From the NCBI GenBank assembly GCA_965153285.1, contig OZ229111.1: a DNA stretch of 64,000 nucleotides. One strand, 5' to 3'. The notes under the pieces are model-generated. The model had not been told where the DNA came from and did not search any database. It saw nothing but the letters and a program-made list of their open reading frames with translations. The position numbers were made by a program, and so were the translations under genes. This document shows positions 1-11,611 of the stretch, in pieces. Within the stretch, counting starts at the first letter, position 1. The number at the start of each line of letters is the position of its first letter. Origin of the DNA: Podarcis tiliguerta. Its lineage: Eukaryota.

Positions 1-1901
1 AACACAAGGTTTGGATTCGATTTGTTTCAGGAAACTCTAGCTAAGACCAATCACAATTTGTTGAGGTTTGGACATAACATTTAATGGCCATTCACTGAAA
101 GTAGAAGCAAAAGCTTTTGTCTCTTCTGAACCTGAGGCCAAATGCTAAGTAGGGGAGGATGGGGAGATAACATGCATAAGCCTGTGGCTCACCTAGGCTT
201 CTTCGTGTGAGAGGCACCCGTACTTTATCATGCACTGGCCAGCATATGTTATCTCTTCTCACCCAATATATGATACCTATTGAAAGGGGGATCTTATTGC
301 ATCCCTTAATTAAAGAACTTAAATTCGGAAGTGACAAAAATTATCCTAAATGGGTAGGAATAAAATTAAATATAAGCCCTATACCATATTTTATTCAGGC
401 TACTGTACCTATAATAATACACAATATATCCTTTGTCAAATAGGAACCAAAATATTCTTATCTCAGGGCTTTTGTGCTTTGGTGAACATTGTGTTGGCTC
501 CAGGGCTCCAGAAATGTTGGGCATGGCATAATTTGTTAGAAGCACCAGCAGCTGAAAATGCAATTCCAGAAGAGTAGCTGTATTAGTCTCTTACAGCAAA
601 AGAAGTCAGAAGAAGTAAATTCAATATTGATGGGCCCAGGCACACTCGGCACTAACAGGCTAGGTCTCCATTTGCACAAGACTGCATGTGAGAGAATTAT
701 TGTTTGTGTGGGCTTACCTAATGTAGACCACAAATGAAGCCAGGTGAAATTGTGGTCAAATGTGTTGAGGAACCTCTGTTCCGTTGTTGTATGTTCCATC
801 TGCTGTTAAGAATTTTATGTCTTCACTAGAGTTCTCAAGAGACCAAAAGGGTGGAAAATGATTCTTTATAAAATAAGAGTCACATTCTCATAAAAATAGT
901 TTAGCTTTTCTGTAGCAGAGAACAGTTAAGCTATAGGAGGAATATAGACTCAGTATTACAGAATAATTTTAAGCCCCAGTTAATGGAGGGAAACATAAAT
1001 TAGGATAAAGGAAGAGGTCATGGTAGAAAGGGAATTGATTTTCCTGAAACTTGGTATTTTTCAGGAACTGTTTGACTAGAGAAACTCTCGCAAGGTGACT
1101 TTATGTACATACTATGGGTTGAATGCAGAGTTAGTCATACATAGTAGACTTGTTAAAACCAGTGAGACTTAAACAGCTATACTTTACAAACCTAAGTTTC
1201 ATTGATTTCAGTGGGTTTACTCTATGTCTGGATCCAACTCTATGCTGCTATAGGGTCTAGAAGAAACGTAAAGGAACTATGAAGACTTCTTATTCAGATG
1301 TGTTGTGCAGGAAGTGTTTGGGAGTGCTTGGGAGATGTAGTACTATACAACTACTAAGTGTTATTTTTTGCCTATTGATCAAAAGCCAGATTTTTATTTG
1401 TACGGTACAACTTGTGGTTTACATGTAGGTCTAGGAAGATAAGTTTCTCTCCAAAGAGGCATCCCTCTCCTTTTCTAAGACATGGATTCTAAAACATTTT
1501 CTTCTACCAACCAGTATTGTTGGGATGCATTTCTAGTCTGAGGTGTTCCCATTGGTTAATAATTTTGTGATTAGGACATGCTGTTTTTTGCCTTGTGAAA
1601 TGGTCAGTTGTATGGAAACAAAGTATAGGAATATAATAGTATGGGAAGATCTGCTTTCTTTTCATCACCTGAGGTATGCTTTTCTTTACAAATACATTCC
1701 TGATTCTTGTGTTCTTGAGGATTCAGGATGCAATATTACTGAATGGGTGGTCCTTGACTCAACCCTGTTTCTCTGCAAGCTGCTGAAAAAGACTTGGCCA
1801 GATGTTCTTCCACAGAGGGTGCCTGGCATATTCTTGACCAAACAAGGGTGTGTTTCACTGAGAAACTTGTAAGGTTGTTTAATCAGAATCTCCTTACTTG
1901 T

Positions 1902-2110
1902 AACATCAGGAAGAAATTTCTGTTAGTCAGAGCTGTTCAACACTGGAACTGTCTCCCTCAGGAGTTTGTGGGCTCTCCTTCCTTGGAGGTTTCTAAGCAG
2001 AGGCTGGATGGCCATCTGTCATGGATGCTTTAGCGGAGATTCTTGCATTGCAGGGAGTTGGACTAGATGACCCCTGGGGTCCCTTCCAACTCTACAGTTC
2101 TATGATTCTA
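1902..2110 (+). mobile_element. CR1 LINE 3' fragment
   Basis: NIRKKFLLVRAVQHWNCLPQEFVGSPSLEVSKQRLDGHL* (CR1 ORF2 end), then gttggactagatgac...cccttccaactctacagttctatgattcta tail. Homologous to 18460-18667. Confidence 0.9.
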
Positions 2111-3342
2111 GTGCACATTTGTTGAAGGCTTGTGAGATTTGAATATATGCCAAAAATAAAACTTAAAGAACTAATAATCACTATTTGCAGTCATTGATTG
2201 TACGTTACTGGATTGGGCTTAGAGTATGAGTTTTGGAGTGCATAATACCTGTCACTTCAGCTTTGTCCGTGTGTCTGTATGCAGTCTTGAAGAAGGTGCG
2301 TGCTGAACAGGGTGAAATGAAACTTCAGGTGTGAATCTTTTAATTACAATAGCCAGCAACTAACGCTTATTTTTCTTAGGTGATTGCAGCTTCAGGTGGA
2401 TTGCAAACAAAGCAAGCAAGCAGGAGACCCTTGCTTCCTGAGCTCTGGAGGCTCTCGTTAGATCTCACAAGGCCATCTGAAAAAAACCTTTCAGAAACAG
2501 TTTTTCAGGCTTTGCTTCCAGGGCTGTGGGATGGTCGCACAAGGCCTCTGGGGTGCTCCAGTGAAATTTTGTGGGGCCGTCTCATGAGATCTTGGATGGC
2601 CCTGATCTTGAGAGATTTCAAATGGCAGGGGTGGTTCTGTGTGTCATTCTGACTTTGCACAATGTTGCCTTTGCACGTGGAGCACCCAGAATGTATGTTA
2701 CGGGCCTACTATATTCTAACAAGTCCTGATGACCTTGTCGAGAAGAAGTGGCATTGGGAACTTAGTTCTAGGAACCCTTATCTCCATTAGCAATTAATCT
2801 TGGCAAACGGTTGGCATTCAGTTTGTGTGTATGCGGATTGTCTTTTCTTCTCATCAGTGGGAACTAGCCATGTGTGGAAAGCATAAGAAATTTGTCAGTG
2901 CCTGTCTCTAGTACGGTTATTTTCCTCATTAGGACATAACGGAGATCGACGACGACAAAACCCACACTCAGGATCACCCTCTCATTCACAAAACCTCTCT
3001 CTCCTCATTGTTTCACCTTGAATGGGATTTATGTTATGTAGGGCAAAACCAGATTAAGCTCCTTATGTTCTTTGCCAAATAACCTGTTCTGTGTTGTCTT
3101 TTGCTGTGTTGCAAATAACAGCTTTTAAAATATTGTACTGACTAGGTCAAGGTAGTCAGGCTTCTGTTGAATTGAGAAGCACATACAAAGGCCATGTGGT
3201 GCTAGCTAATAACCTTTTGCTCGCGTCACAACTGAAGAGGGCTGTTGTTCAGGAGGAGACAATGGCACGTATCTCTGTTAACGTTGCTTTCAGCCCTTTC
3301 AGTTTTTGTTTATTTTAATGGGATTTCTTCATATCTCTTCAG

Positions 3343-3595
3343 GAGGAGGAGGAACAGGAAGAAGATGACGACGAGGATGAGGATGACACAGATGACCTTG
3401 ACGAGCTGGACACTGACCAGCTTCTAGAGGCTGATCTGGAGGAAGAGGAAAACAACGAGAATGCGGGAGAGGATGGAGAAAACGACTTCTCGCCTTCTGA
3501 CGATGAGGAGCTGGCCAACCTGCTTGAAGAGGGAGATGAAGGAGAGGATGAAGACTCTGACGCTGATGAGGAAGTTGAGCTGATCCTTGGGGATA
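3343..3595 (+). CDS. DCAF1: DCAF1/VPRBP penultimate coding exon (acidic C-terminal tail); upstream exons lie outside the window
   Basis: Acceptor ctcttcag at 3342, donor gtaagt at 3596. Translates EEEEQEEDDDEDEDDTDDLDELDTDQLLEADLEEEENNENAGEDGENDFSPSDDEELANLLEEGDEGEDEDSDADEEVELILGD, matching the recalled DCAF1 acidic tail. Confidence 0.95.
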
Positions 3596-3673
3596 GTAAG
3601 TATACCTAGGGAGAAATTAACTCTTTGGGGGATTCCAAAGGGTTAAAAGGTCCAAGGCAGACTAAAGATACCA

Positions 3674-3743
3674 ATCTGAGGAAGTGTGCGTGCACACGAA
3701 AGCTTATACCCAGAACAAACTTAGTTGGTCTCTAAGGTGCTAC
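3674..3743 (+). mobile_element. Penelope-like element terminal-repeat fragment with hammerhead core
   Basis: ctgagga-agtgtgcgtgcacac-gaaagcttatacc...ttagttggtctctaaggtgctac; same family as 8405-8798. Confidence 0.75.
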
Positions 3744-6490
3744 AGGTTAAAGGTAGTGTAAGCACTGCACTGCCTAGTGTGCAGGTCAGATTCTTTGGTC
3801 CCAGGTTCCTGAATTAATTTTAGCTAACTCTCATAGGACAACAACTCCGCTCATGTGACAAGCCTGATAGCTGTGCATACAGGTTGTTACTTGATGGCAT
3901 GATGTTTGTAGAGTACGTGTGCTTTAAATTTTTTTACCTGTGCTACTAAACTGGAACCCAGTCCAGGTTCCCAGGCACCTGCAAGTGGCTGTTTGAAGAT
4001 GTGTGGTGTGGGTGTGGCTCACACTTTACGTATTTGTTGGTGATCCTGCAGTAACCAGATTTGCCATGTGATTGTGAAGTTTCCCATTGCTTTCCTGAGA
4101 GTATCAACTGTAAATCGTTGGTGAATGAGAATTGCTGAGATGCTCTAGCAATGAAGCTGTGGGAGAGCCTGGGGCATAGTTTTTCCAATAGTGTGTAGTT
4201 GTCAGTTAGTGGGACTTATTTCCATGTAAACATGCCACAGGCTCAAGCTGCAGTAATCCCCCAATCAATACTCCACGCAGCACGGCAGAAGCAAGTCAGA
4301 ATGTAGCCAACACTACCTTCCTTTAGCCTGCCTGTCACTGGCTTTGTAAAATTAAGCATGCAGCTACACAGAAGTTCCCAGAGGCTTGAAAGCAGCATGA
4401 GCCAGCAAGTTGTGTTGCTGCCTGACTGTCCTGTCTTTGAAGTTGCTGCATCTGCCCCATACTGCCCCCCTTGTCTCCCCCCCCCCCCATCTTTTTGGAT
4501 CTTCTGTTTCAAATGATGTCTCCAGCCCAGCTGACCTACTGCAGCTCTTTCTCTCTAAAAACATTTTCTTGAAGATCAAAAAGGGATGGGGATTGAGAGG
4601 TGCAAGGGATGGAGATTGAAAGTTGAGGGAAATAGGGTTATTTGGAAAGTGTCAGGAGCAGGTGTGTGAGAAGAAAGTATTGGATTGGATAGTTTGTGCC
4701 TGGAGAACAAACTTTGTTCCATCTGTATGGAATGGTGGCTAGAGGGGTTAATCTTACAGGGGAGCCATGCTAATGACCTGAAAGCAGCCCCCCCCCATCC
4801 TCATGGATGCTTGTGTCTGTTTGTTAAGGGGACAGATAACTGTTGCTCATTGAAGTGGGTAGGCATTCAGTACATGCTCAGAGGTGGCTTATTTATTATT
4901 ACATCCTGTATTCTGGGATTTAATGCTGGTAAAGTGAGACAAAAATTAAGTATACGGCGGGCATGGGCATCTGAAGGAAGGGAGTTAAATGCCTTTTCCT
5001 GTGTGTGCTGAATACATGGCTGGTGGTGAAGTGGTGGACTTCTACATTGCAGGGATAGAGTGTTTCTATTGTATAGAAAGAAGATGCAACAGTGCTTTAA
5101 AAAGAGGGTGGGAGGGGGAAAAGCAGGAAAGGGAAGAGATGGATAGACATAGACAGTGAGAGAAGGTGATCAGGCTTCCTGGAAGCTGTGTCACCTGCCC
5201 TGGAATCCTACTTCCTGCCCTTTGATTGCATGTTTCTCATTGCAGGCAGCAGTTCCTCAGTTCTGGGGGAAATGCAGTCTGCTCATTCTTAGAGGCACTT
5301 TGTGCATTATGTCACAGCAAGAAAGTTCATCATTTATGTTGGAGCAAAATTCTTAATTTTCACAACTGGTGTGCTTGAGTGTGTAATCTTGGAAATTTAA
5401 GGTAGTCTTGGTGGGGGCAAGCTATGGGTGTGTGGAGGGGAGAGAGAGGCTTCCCTTCAGTGAAATCGCTGGAACCTTTGTTGTTAATTTCAGCAGAGGC
5501 AGGACATCGGATGCCCGGAAGGTGACATGTTGCTGGGAATGTTTGAGAAGACAACCCTCTGTCCCAGTCTGGTCCCGTTTCCGTCCATCCTGAGCTAAAA
5601 TGCTTTTGCTAGCAGACTCATGTGTGCTCTTCTCTTGTTTTGTTGTAGTGCAGCCCTGCTTCTCTGCAATCAGGCACATGAACCTGGGGGCAAGCACCCT
5701 GTCAGGTCTCCAGCGATTTTCTTGTATATTTGTCAGTCCTCTATGTTCTTAATGGTGGTAGGTATTTTGTCCACATCCCACCAGGACATGTTGCAGAGCT
5801 CTAATTAAAAGATGGATTGTATCTAAAAAGATGCTGTGCAATTGTTGTACATTACTGGGGGAAATAAGCCCATTAGAGGGTTCTGGATTGCAGCTGAAAA
5901 AATAGCCTGTGCATTCCAGCAGAAGCTAGTGATGCCAGAAGGGAGCATTACTGAAAGTATTTGTTTTTTTAATAATTTCATTGCATGGTTCCCCTGCCTC
6001 TCCTCACATCTAGGCAGTTTCCTTCCAAAGTCTCACAATATGCAAACACAAATAAACAGCTCCACCTTCCTGTTGTCTCTGTTCTCATGCAGAACATGTG
6101 GCTCTGTGGATCTGCCTGTTCCATATCACAGGTCCTCTCAGTTGCTTCTGTCATGCAAAATAAGTATTTGGCTGGCATTGCTCTTCTGGGGACTTTTTAG
6201 TGTGAAGCATCACAAAAAACATGGGAGGTGGTGGTGGAAGATGCCCTTGCAAGAAGGGGGGGTGGGGGTGGGGAAATGTGACATTGGTGGGGCATTTTGG
6301 GAGGAGTCTGTGGAAGCAGAGGGCAGGAACTGATAGCATGCAGGAATAGATTGGCATATTTACACTTCGGGAGGATAAGTATGTATTCTGCGTAGTAAGC
6401 AGATGACACACACTAGAATGCTCACTTCATGCAGATGCCACTTGGTTGCTGAATGTTTAAAGTAATTTAAGTGCTCCTATTCATCTGTTA

Positions 6491-6847
6491 GGGATGCGGG
6501 TGGCGCTGTGGGTTAAACCACAGAGCCTAGGACTTGCCGATCAGAAGGTCGGCGGTTTGAATCCCCGCGATGGAGTGAGCTCCCGTTACTCGGTCCCTGC
6601 TCCTGCCAACCTAGCAGTTTGAAAGCACGTCAAAGTGCAAGTAGATAAATAGGTACCGCTTCGGCGGGAAGGTAAACAGCATTTCCGTGCGCTGCTCTGG
6701 TTCACCAGAAGCGGCTTAGTCATGCTGGCCACATGACCCGGAAGCTGTATGCCGGCTCCCTCGGCCAATAAAGCGAGATGAGCGCCGCAACCCCAGAGTT
6801 GGTCATGACTGGACCTAATGGTCAGGGGTCCCTTTACCCTTTACCTT
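6491..6847 (+). mobile_element. Full-length Sauria SINE
   Basis: tRNA-like head gggatgcgggtggcgctgtgggttaaacc...ggtttgaatccc, (ACCTTT)n tail, 13-bp TSD tattcatctgtta/tattcatctatta (6478-6490 / 6848-6860). Confidence 0.9.
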
Positions 6848-8404
6848 TATTCATCTATTATCACTCTCAAATGAAGATGTATTCACAGGTCAGACATCAT
6901 CTTCCTTTAGCAAAAATGCATCCAATCTTTTTCCTTGGGATTGGTTTGCAGCCTGGTTGTCTTTTATAGGGGGCGCACTAGCCAGCTAAACTGTGTTTGC
7001 TGATTTTGATGACCTTTATGCAGCATTAGCTGTGAACTGGTTTTAAGTCCATTTCACACATGCCCTATCAATAACTGTTTATGTATGGATTTGATGAGTT
7101 GGGTGGAATGGAAGAGAGGGAGAGAGTATGAGAGAAAAATGCATTCATTATTCAGATGAAGGAAAATACTGGATTCTAAAAATTTGTGATTGGATCTTAA
7201 AAGTGCAGATCATGTAAGCTGCAAACACATTTACAGTGCAATCTTATCAATGTGTACTCAGGAGAAAAATCTAGTTGAGTTTAGTGGGGCTTTCGTCTAG
7301 GTAAGAATGTAAAGGAGATTTAGACTCTGATTTAAAAATGATTTCTTAGAGCTATAACCATTACATGGAAAAACTAGTAGAGAGAGGAAAAGGAGTCCGA
7401 TAAACCTGCATGGGATGGAACTAGGGATTCATTGTCCACAAACGCTCACATTCAAAGGAATAGAGATGGAAGAGAAGCCCATCCACAGCCATTTCAATAA
7501 TAACATTAAAACGAGGCTTTCCCTCTTTTTAAAAAAATGCTGTGTAAATCTGGTGTGTGTGTTTGTGTGTCCCCACATGTGCTTTATTGGTACCTCCTCA
7601 GAGTTAGTGTCTTTCTATCTGCCTTGCAAAAACACTCTTCTTTTCACCGACGCTCAAATCCCAGGGGCATCATCTCATGTAGACAATGGTGCACACTGCA
7701 TTATTGTACCAGATTCCTGAACTGCTACTTTCAAATATACCTTTGCAGAGTTCCCTCTGAAGAGCACCGTCGGCCAATATCCACTCCACATACCCTGAAA
7801 AAGACCTGCCTGGTCTTTTTTCTGCTGGTATTCTGGCAGGAGGTGATTTTTGTTGATTTCAAGAAAGTGTGTCCTTGAAAATCTCATCAAGGACTCCATT
7901 CGGAAAACTAGGGGTTAGGAATTGCTTGTGAATGTGCTTGCATTTCTTCAGAGTTGTTTCAGTGGATCCTGCTGAAGAAGACAACTCTTCCATATCCTAG
8001 ACAGATTTTCTACAAGAGTTAGGGAAAATGGCCACCTGAATGATCACTGAGTGTTTTTTCCCCTGTCCCTTGAGCTGTGGTATGGTACCAATCAACTTAC
8101 CAAGAAGCAAGTGCTATTTTGGAGACAGTATTAACACAAATATTGCACATAATTCACATCACCCAGTTGCCCTTTGGTAGACTTTACTGTATCCCAAGAT
8201 CAGCTTCCCTTGTGGCTGGTTTACCTTATACTTACTATATGCTGGGTGAGGAAATTCGCTCAAGAAAAGAGGTACTCTCTTCTGTTTTGAGCTGGGCCAC
8301 TTGTGCTGATTCTGCCCTCCTCCTGTTTGTGCAAAAAAGGGGTGCACAGGAGCAGGGTTGTACAAAACATAAAGCCCCCAAGCTCATTCATTCATCTCCC
8401 TTGT

Positions 8405-8798
8405 TTGAAACAAAATAAAAAAAATTCCTTCCAGTAGCACCTTAGAGACCAACTAAGTTTGTTATTCGTATGAGCTTTCGTGTGCATGCACACTTCTTCA
8501 GATACACTGAAACAGAAGTCACCAGACCCTTATATATAGTGAGAGAGTGGGGAGGGTGAACAGGTTTACCACACCTATCAGCCAATCACCCATTCCCATC
8601 ACCCTTCTGAGTAATACCCCTCCCCACCCTCTCACTACATATAAGGGTCTGGTGACTTCTGTTTCAGTGTATCTGAAGAAGTGTGCATGCACACAAAAGC
8701 TCATACCAATAACAAAATTAGTTGGTATCTAAGGTACTCCTGGAAGGAATTTTTTTATTTTGTTTCGACTACGGCAGACCAACATGGCTACCTACCTG
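8405..8798. mobile_element. Penelope-like element: inverted pair of terminal repeats, each with a minimal hammerhead motif
   Basis: 8405-8558 is the reverse complement of ~8613-8768. Contains gtat-ctgaaga-agtgtgcatgcacac-gaaagctc-atac (- strand 8468-8505; + copy 8669-8706 with GAAA>AAAA). Confidence 0.8.
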
Positions 8799-9413
8799 GA
8801 ACTCTCCCTTTTTGGAAAGTCTTTAAAACTTCCATTGTATTTAAAAACAGTCCAAAAAGTTTCTTTTTAAGATATGATAGAAATAAGCAGTTACTTCAGC
8901 TGTGTTTGTGGATGTGAAGGACAGCTGATTGTAAGGCGGCAACTGCTTGTCTAAATTGACTCTCCTTGGTAGTCATTCTCTGGTTGCATTGATCAGTTAA
9001 ATCCTGTCCTTGCTTTTCTCCCTAAATACTTGGTATACGCTTCAACTTAGGAACAATATATTGTACCCTTTCTGTCTCTGGAAACTCACTTTGTTTTAGT
9101 GCCCGTTGCATCTTTTACTCCCACTACAGAGGATTTTGGAGCTACATACTGCTTCTCTAGAGTGTTTTCAGTAATTCCTGAAGGCATCTCAGTCTGGTGG
9201 TAAGTATTCTCTTTATAATGAGGAGCTGTGCCTTGGCTTGTGGTGAAACAGTCCTGTTTTGCACATTGTTTATGGTTTCTAGCTGGCATACCACTCTAAA
9301 GGGTGCCTGTGCATGGTCTTTCGTATTTGACTTGGAACAAGTTACCCTGCTTGGTGTCTTTTTGACATATCAGACTTTGCATTGCTCAAATAACCCATTT
9401 GTCCCCTTTCCAG

Positions 9414-9472
9414 CTGACAGCTCAGATAATTTGGATTTGGAAGATGACATAATCTTATCTCTGAATGAGTGA
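9414..9472 (+). CDS. DCAF1: DCAF1/VPRBP last coding exon
   Basis: Acceptor cccctttccag at 9413. Phase 1 join with the previous exon gives T-DSSDNLDLEDDIILSLNE*, the known DCAF1 C-terminus. Confidence 0.95.
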
Positions 9473-10310
9473 GGAGTGGCCACCCCACAGGATGTTGGCA
9501 GCAGGAAAGCTCCGTTCTCGGAAGCCAGGAGGCCAAATCCAGGAGGTGATACTGAGCAGCCGCTCATATCCTAATTCTTGGGAGACCCATCTAAAGAACT
9601 CTAGCCCTTCTGATCTTGCAGTGGACAGATGCAGGCTCCTGACACATCTGGAACCTTCCTACCAAGAGACCCAGGGGCTTGACCTTTATTTTTCTCTGCC
9701 TTTTTATTTTTGGTTTTGAGGCTGAGACATGACTCTCCTCTCCACGGGGAGTTCCGAAGATATTTCACAATATATTTTCTTTGTATAAAGTTCTTTCCTA
9801 AAGAACAGAAATAGTTTTATATGAAACAAAAAAAAGGATAAAAAACAAAACAGGCAGGTATTATAAAGAGGGTATGGATTTGTAATCTTCTAATGTTTAG
9901 TCACTATGACAAGTTTCTGGGGGATAAATAAGTTTAAAAAGGGCATTTTTACTGAAAAGCGTGGCAGGCAGGGTGGGATTGAATCATGGATTGTAAAAGC
10001 TGTAGGTGATTTTTATTTTGAACATAATTTTTTAATGGATGTGTTGCTACCTGCTGTGAAATGTTCGGGTTTTTGTTTTTTTTGTCTGATGATGGCAGAA
10101 GACTAGAGATCCCGTTCTGTCTTGCTCAGAATCTGCCATTGCTGGAGATGAAGGACTCTAGTTTACAAGCTCCTCGCCTCACCCCCTTCCTACATATTTT
10201 TGTGTTTGGAATTTTAAAATTTTATTTTCCCCCCTTTTCCTTCTGCCCTTGTGTGAAAACTACAAATCGAAGGCCTTTTTTTCTTTAATGTAAATTGTAT
10301 TTATTAAAAA

Positions 10311-10320
10311 AATAAATAAA
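10311..10320 (+). terminator. Probable DCAF1 polyadenylation signal (overlapping AATAAA x2)
   Basis: aataaataaa ~840 nt after the stop, at the end of an AU-rich UTR, followed by GT-rich sequence (tgtctgtttgt). Confidence 0.6.
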
Positions 10321-10708
10321 ATCCAAGTCCTGTCTGTTTGTAGCTCTGAGCTGCTGTAGTATACATTCGTTGCCTTTGCTGGCTCCTCAAGCTGCTTTCA
10401 GTGCTGCTTTGCACCAGAATGCATGACCAAGGCAGGGTTATTCATATAAGAAGTGTGACTTCACATGCATGAATGTATCTGGACATTCAAGAGAGTGATG
10501 CTATCAGTACTATTCACACAAGATTTTTAAGAAGAGCGGTCCATACGTTTATCCCAGGAGGATCATGTTCAGTGAAATCATGTGAGAGGTATCCCAGTTC
10601 TTCTAGGTTCTGATTCCTATATTATCATGCAATGCTGGATTGCATCCCTGGGAAGGGAAAGAGAATACCTATTTTCATATGAAGCTGAGTTGCTTGTCCT
10701 CTCTAACT

Positions 10709-10853
10709 CAGGTGTGGGGAACCTTTGGCTGTCCAGATGTTACTGAACTACAAATCCCATCAGCCCCAACAAGCTTGGCCCAGTGTGCAGGAATGATGGG
10801 AATTCTATCTCAGCAGCAACAGCTGCTGTAAGGCCAAAGTTTCCCCACACCCA
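10709..10853. repeat. Short palindromic hAT-like squamate repeat; related copies at ~11703-11828, 12948-13068, 21660-21785, 22543-22680, 30220-30345, 50021-50120
   Basis: Shared ccagatgtt..gaactacaa(c)tcccatca ... tgggagttgtagtccaacaacatctggagg core, self-complementary ends. Confidence 0.75.
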
Positions 10854-11567
10854 GTTTAAACAAATAACTACAATACTAGTGGCAGATATATATGCAACTT
10901 TATTTTGGTGAAGTGCACCTTTAAGCCCAGAGGTTGGATGCTACAAGGGAATTTAGAGGCTACTAACTTCTGGTATTGCCTGTCATGAACCTATTTGTAA
11001 TGGGGAGCACTGCAGGATGCAGAACATCTGCTGGACCGGCCTTGGGTTTGCCACTCACCCTCTCCCAGCAATTGGAGTAAAATAGTCACTGGGATGGTTG
11101 CATTTATTAGAAAGCCCTGCTTGCAACCCAGTCATGGAAATGGATTTAACTACCTTCTATCCTTTCTTCCTGTGGCTCCACTCCATTTACAACTGTGACT
11201 TACTGCATTGCAGGCCTTAGAAATAAAATTTAGACCACATACCCGGTAGGTGGTGGTAAAGGATGAAGTAATGTTCACAATGGTCCTAGGTCAGTGCTTG
11301 ATAAAACTGCAAGGGAATCATACCCTCACCACTACTCTCCTTTGGCTATGCTTGTGTTTCATGGGACCAGCGAGTCTGCATTTAGACTTCCATTTGCTTG
11401 TATCAGAACAATGGTCCCATCTTTTTCTGTTTCTTCCTACCACTTGGTTAAAATATGTTTTTCATTTATTTTAGAAACAAAAATATATTACAGAGTTAAC
11501 TTTTGCAAATAGCATTTATGAAGTGAATATTCTTCAGAATCTAGAAAAAGTTGATGTTTTTGCCCAC

Positions 11568-11572
<5 letters not shown>

Positions 11573-11605
<33 letters not shown>
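11573..11605. repeat. (TG)n microsatellite
   Basis: Direct reading. Confidence 0.95.

Positions 11606-11611
<6 letters not shown>

Noticed and set aside
5836-6333. 165-aa intronic ORF and the many other 60-130 aa ORFs in the track
   Set aside because: Often non-ATG starts, random-looking composition and no splice or homology support; expected by chance or repeat-derived.
6491-6570. tRNA-like sequences as tRNA genes (also 42230-42303 and 56640-56716)
   Set aside because: SINE heads continuous with SINE bodies, tails and flanking duplications; no full cloverleaf.
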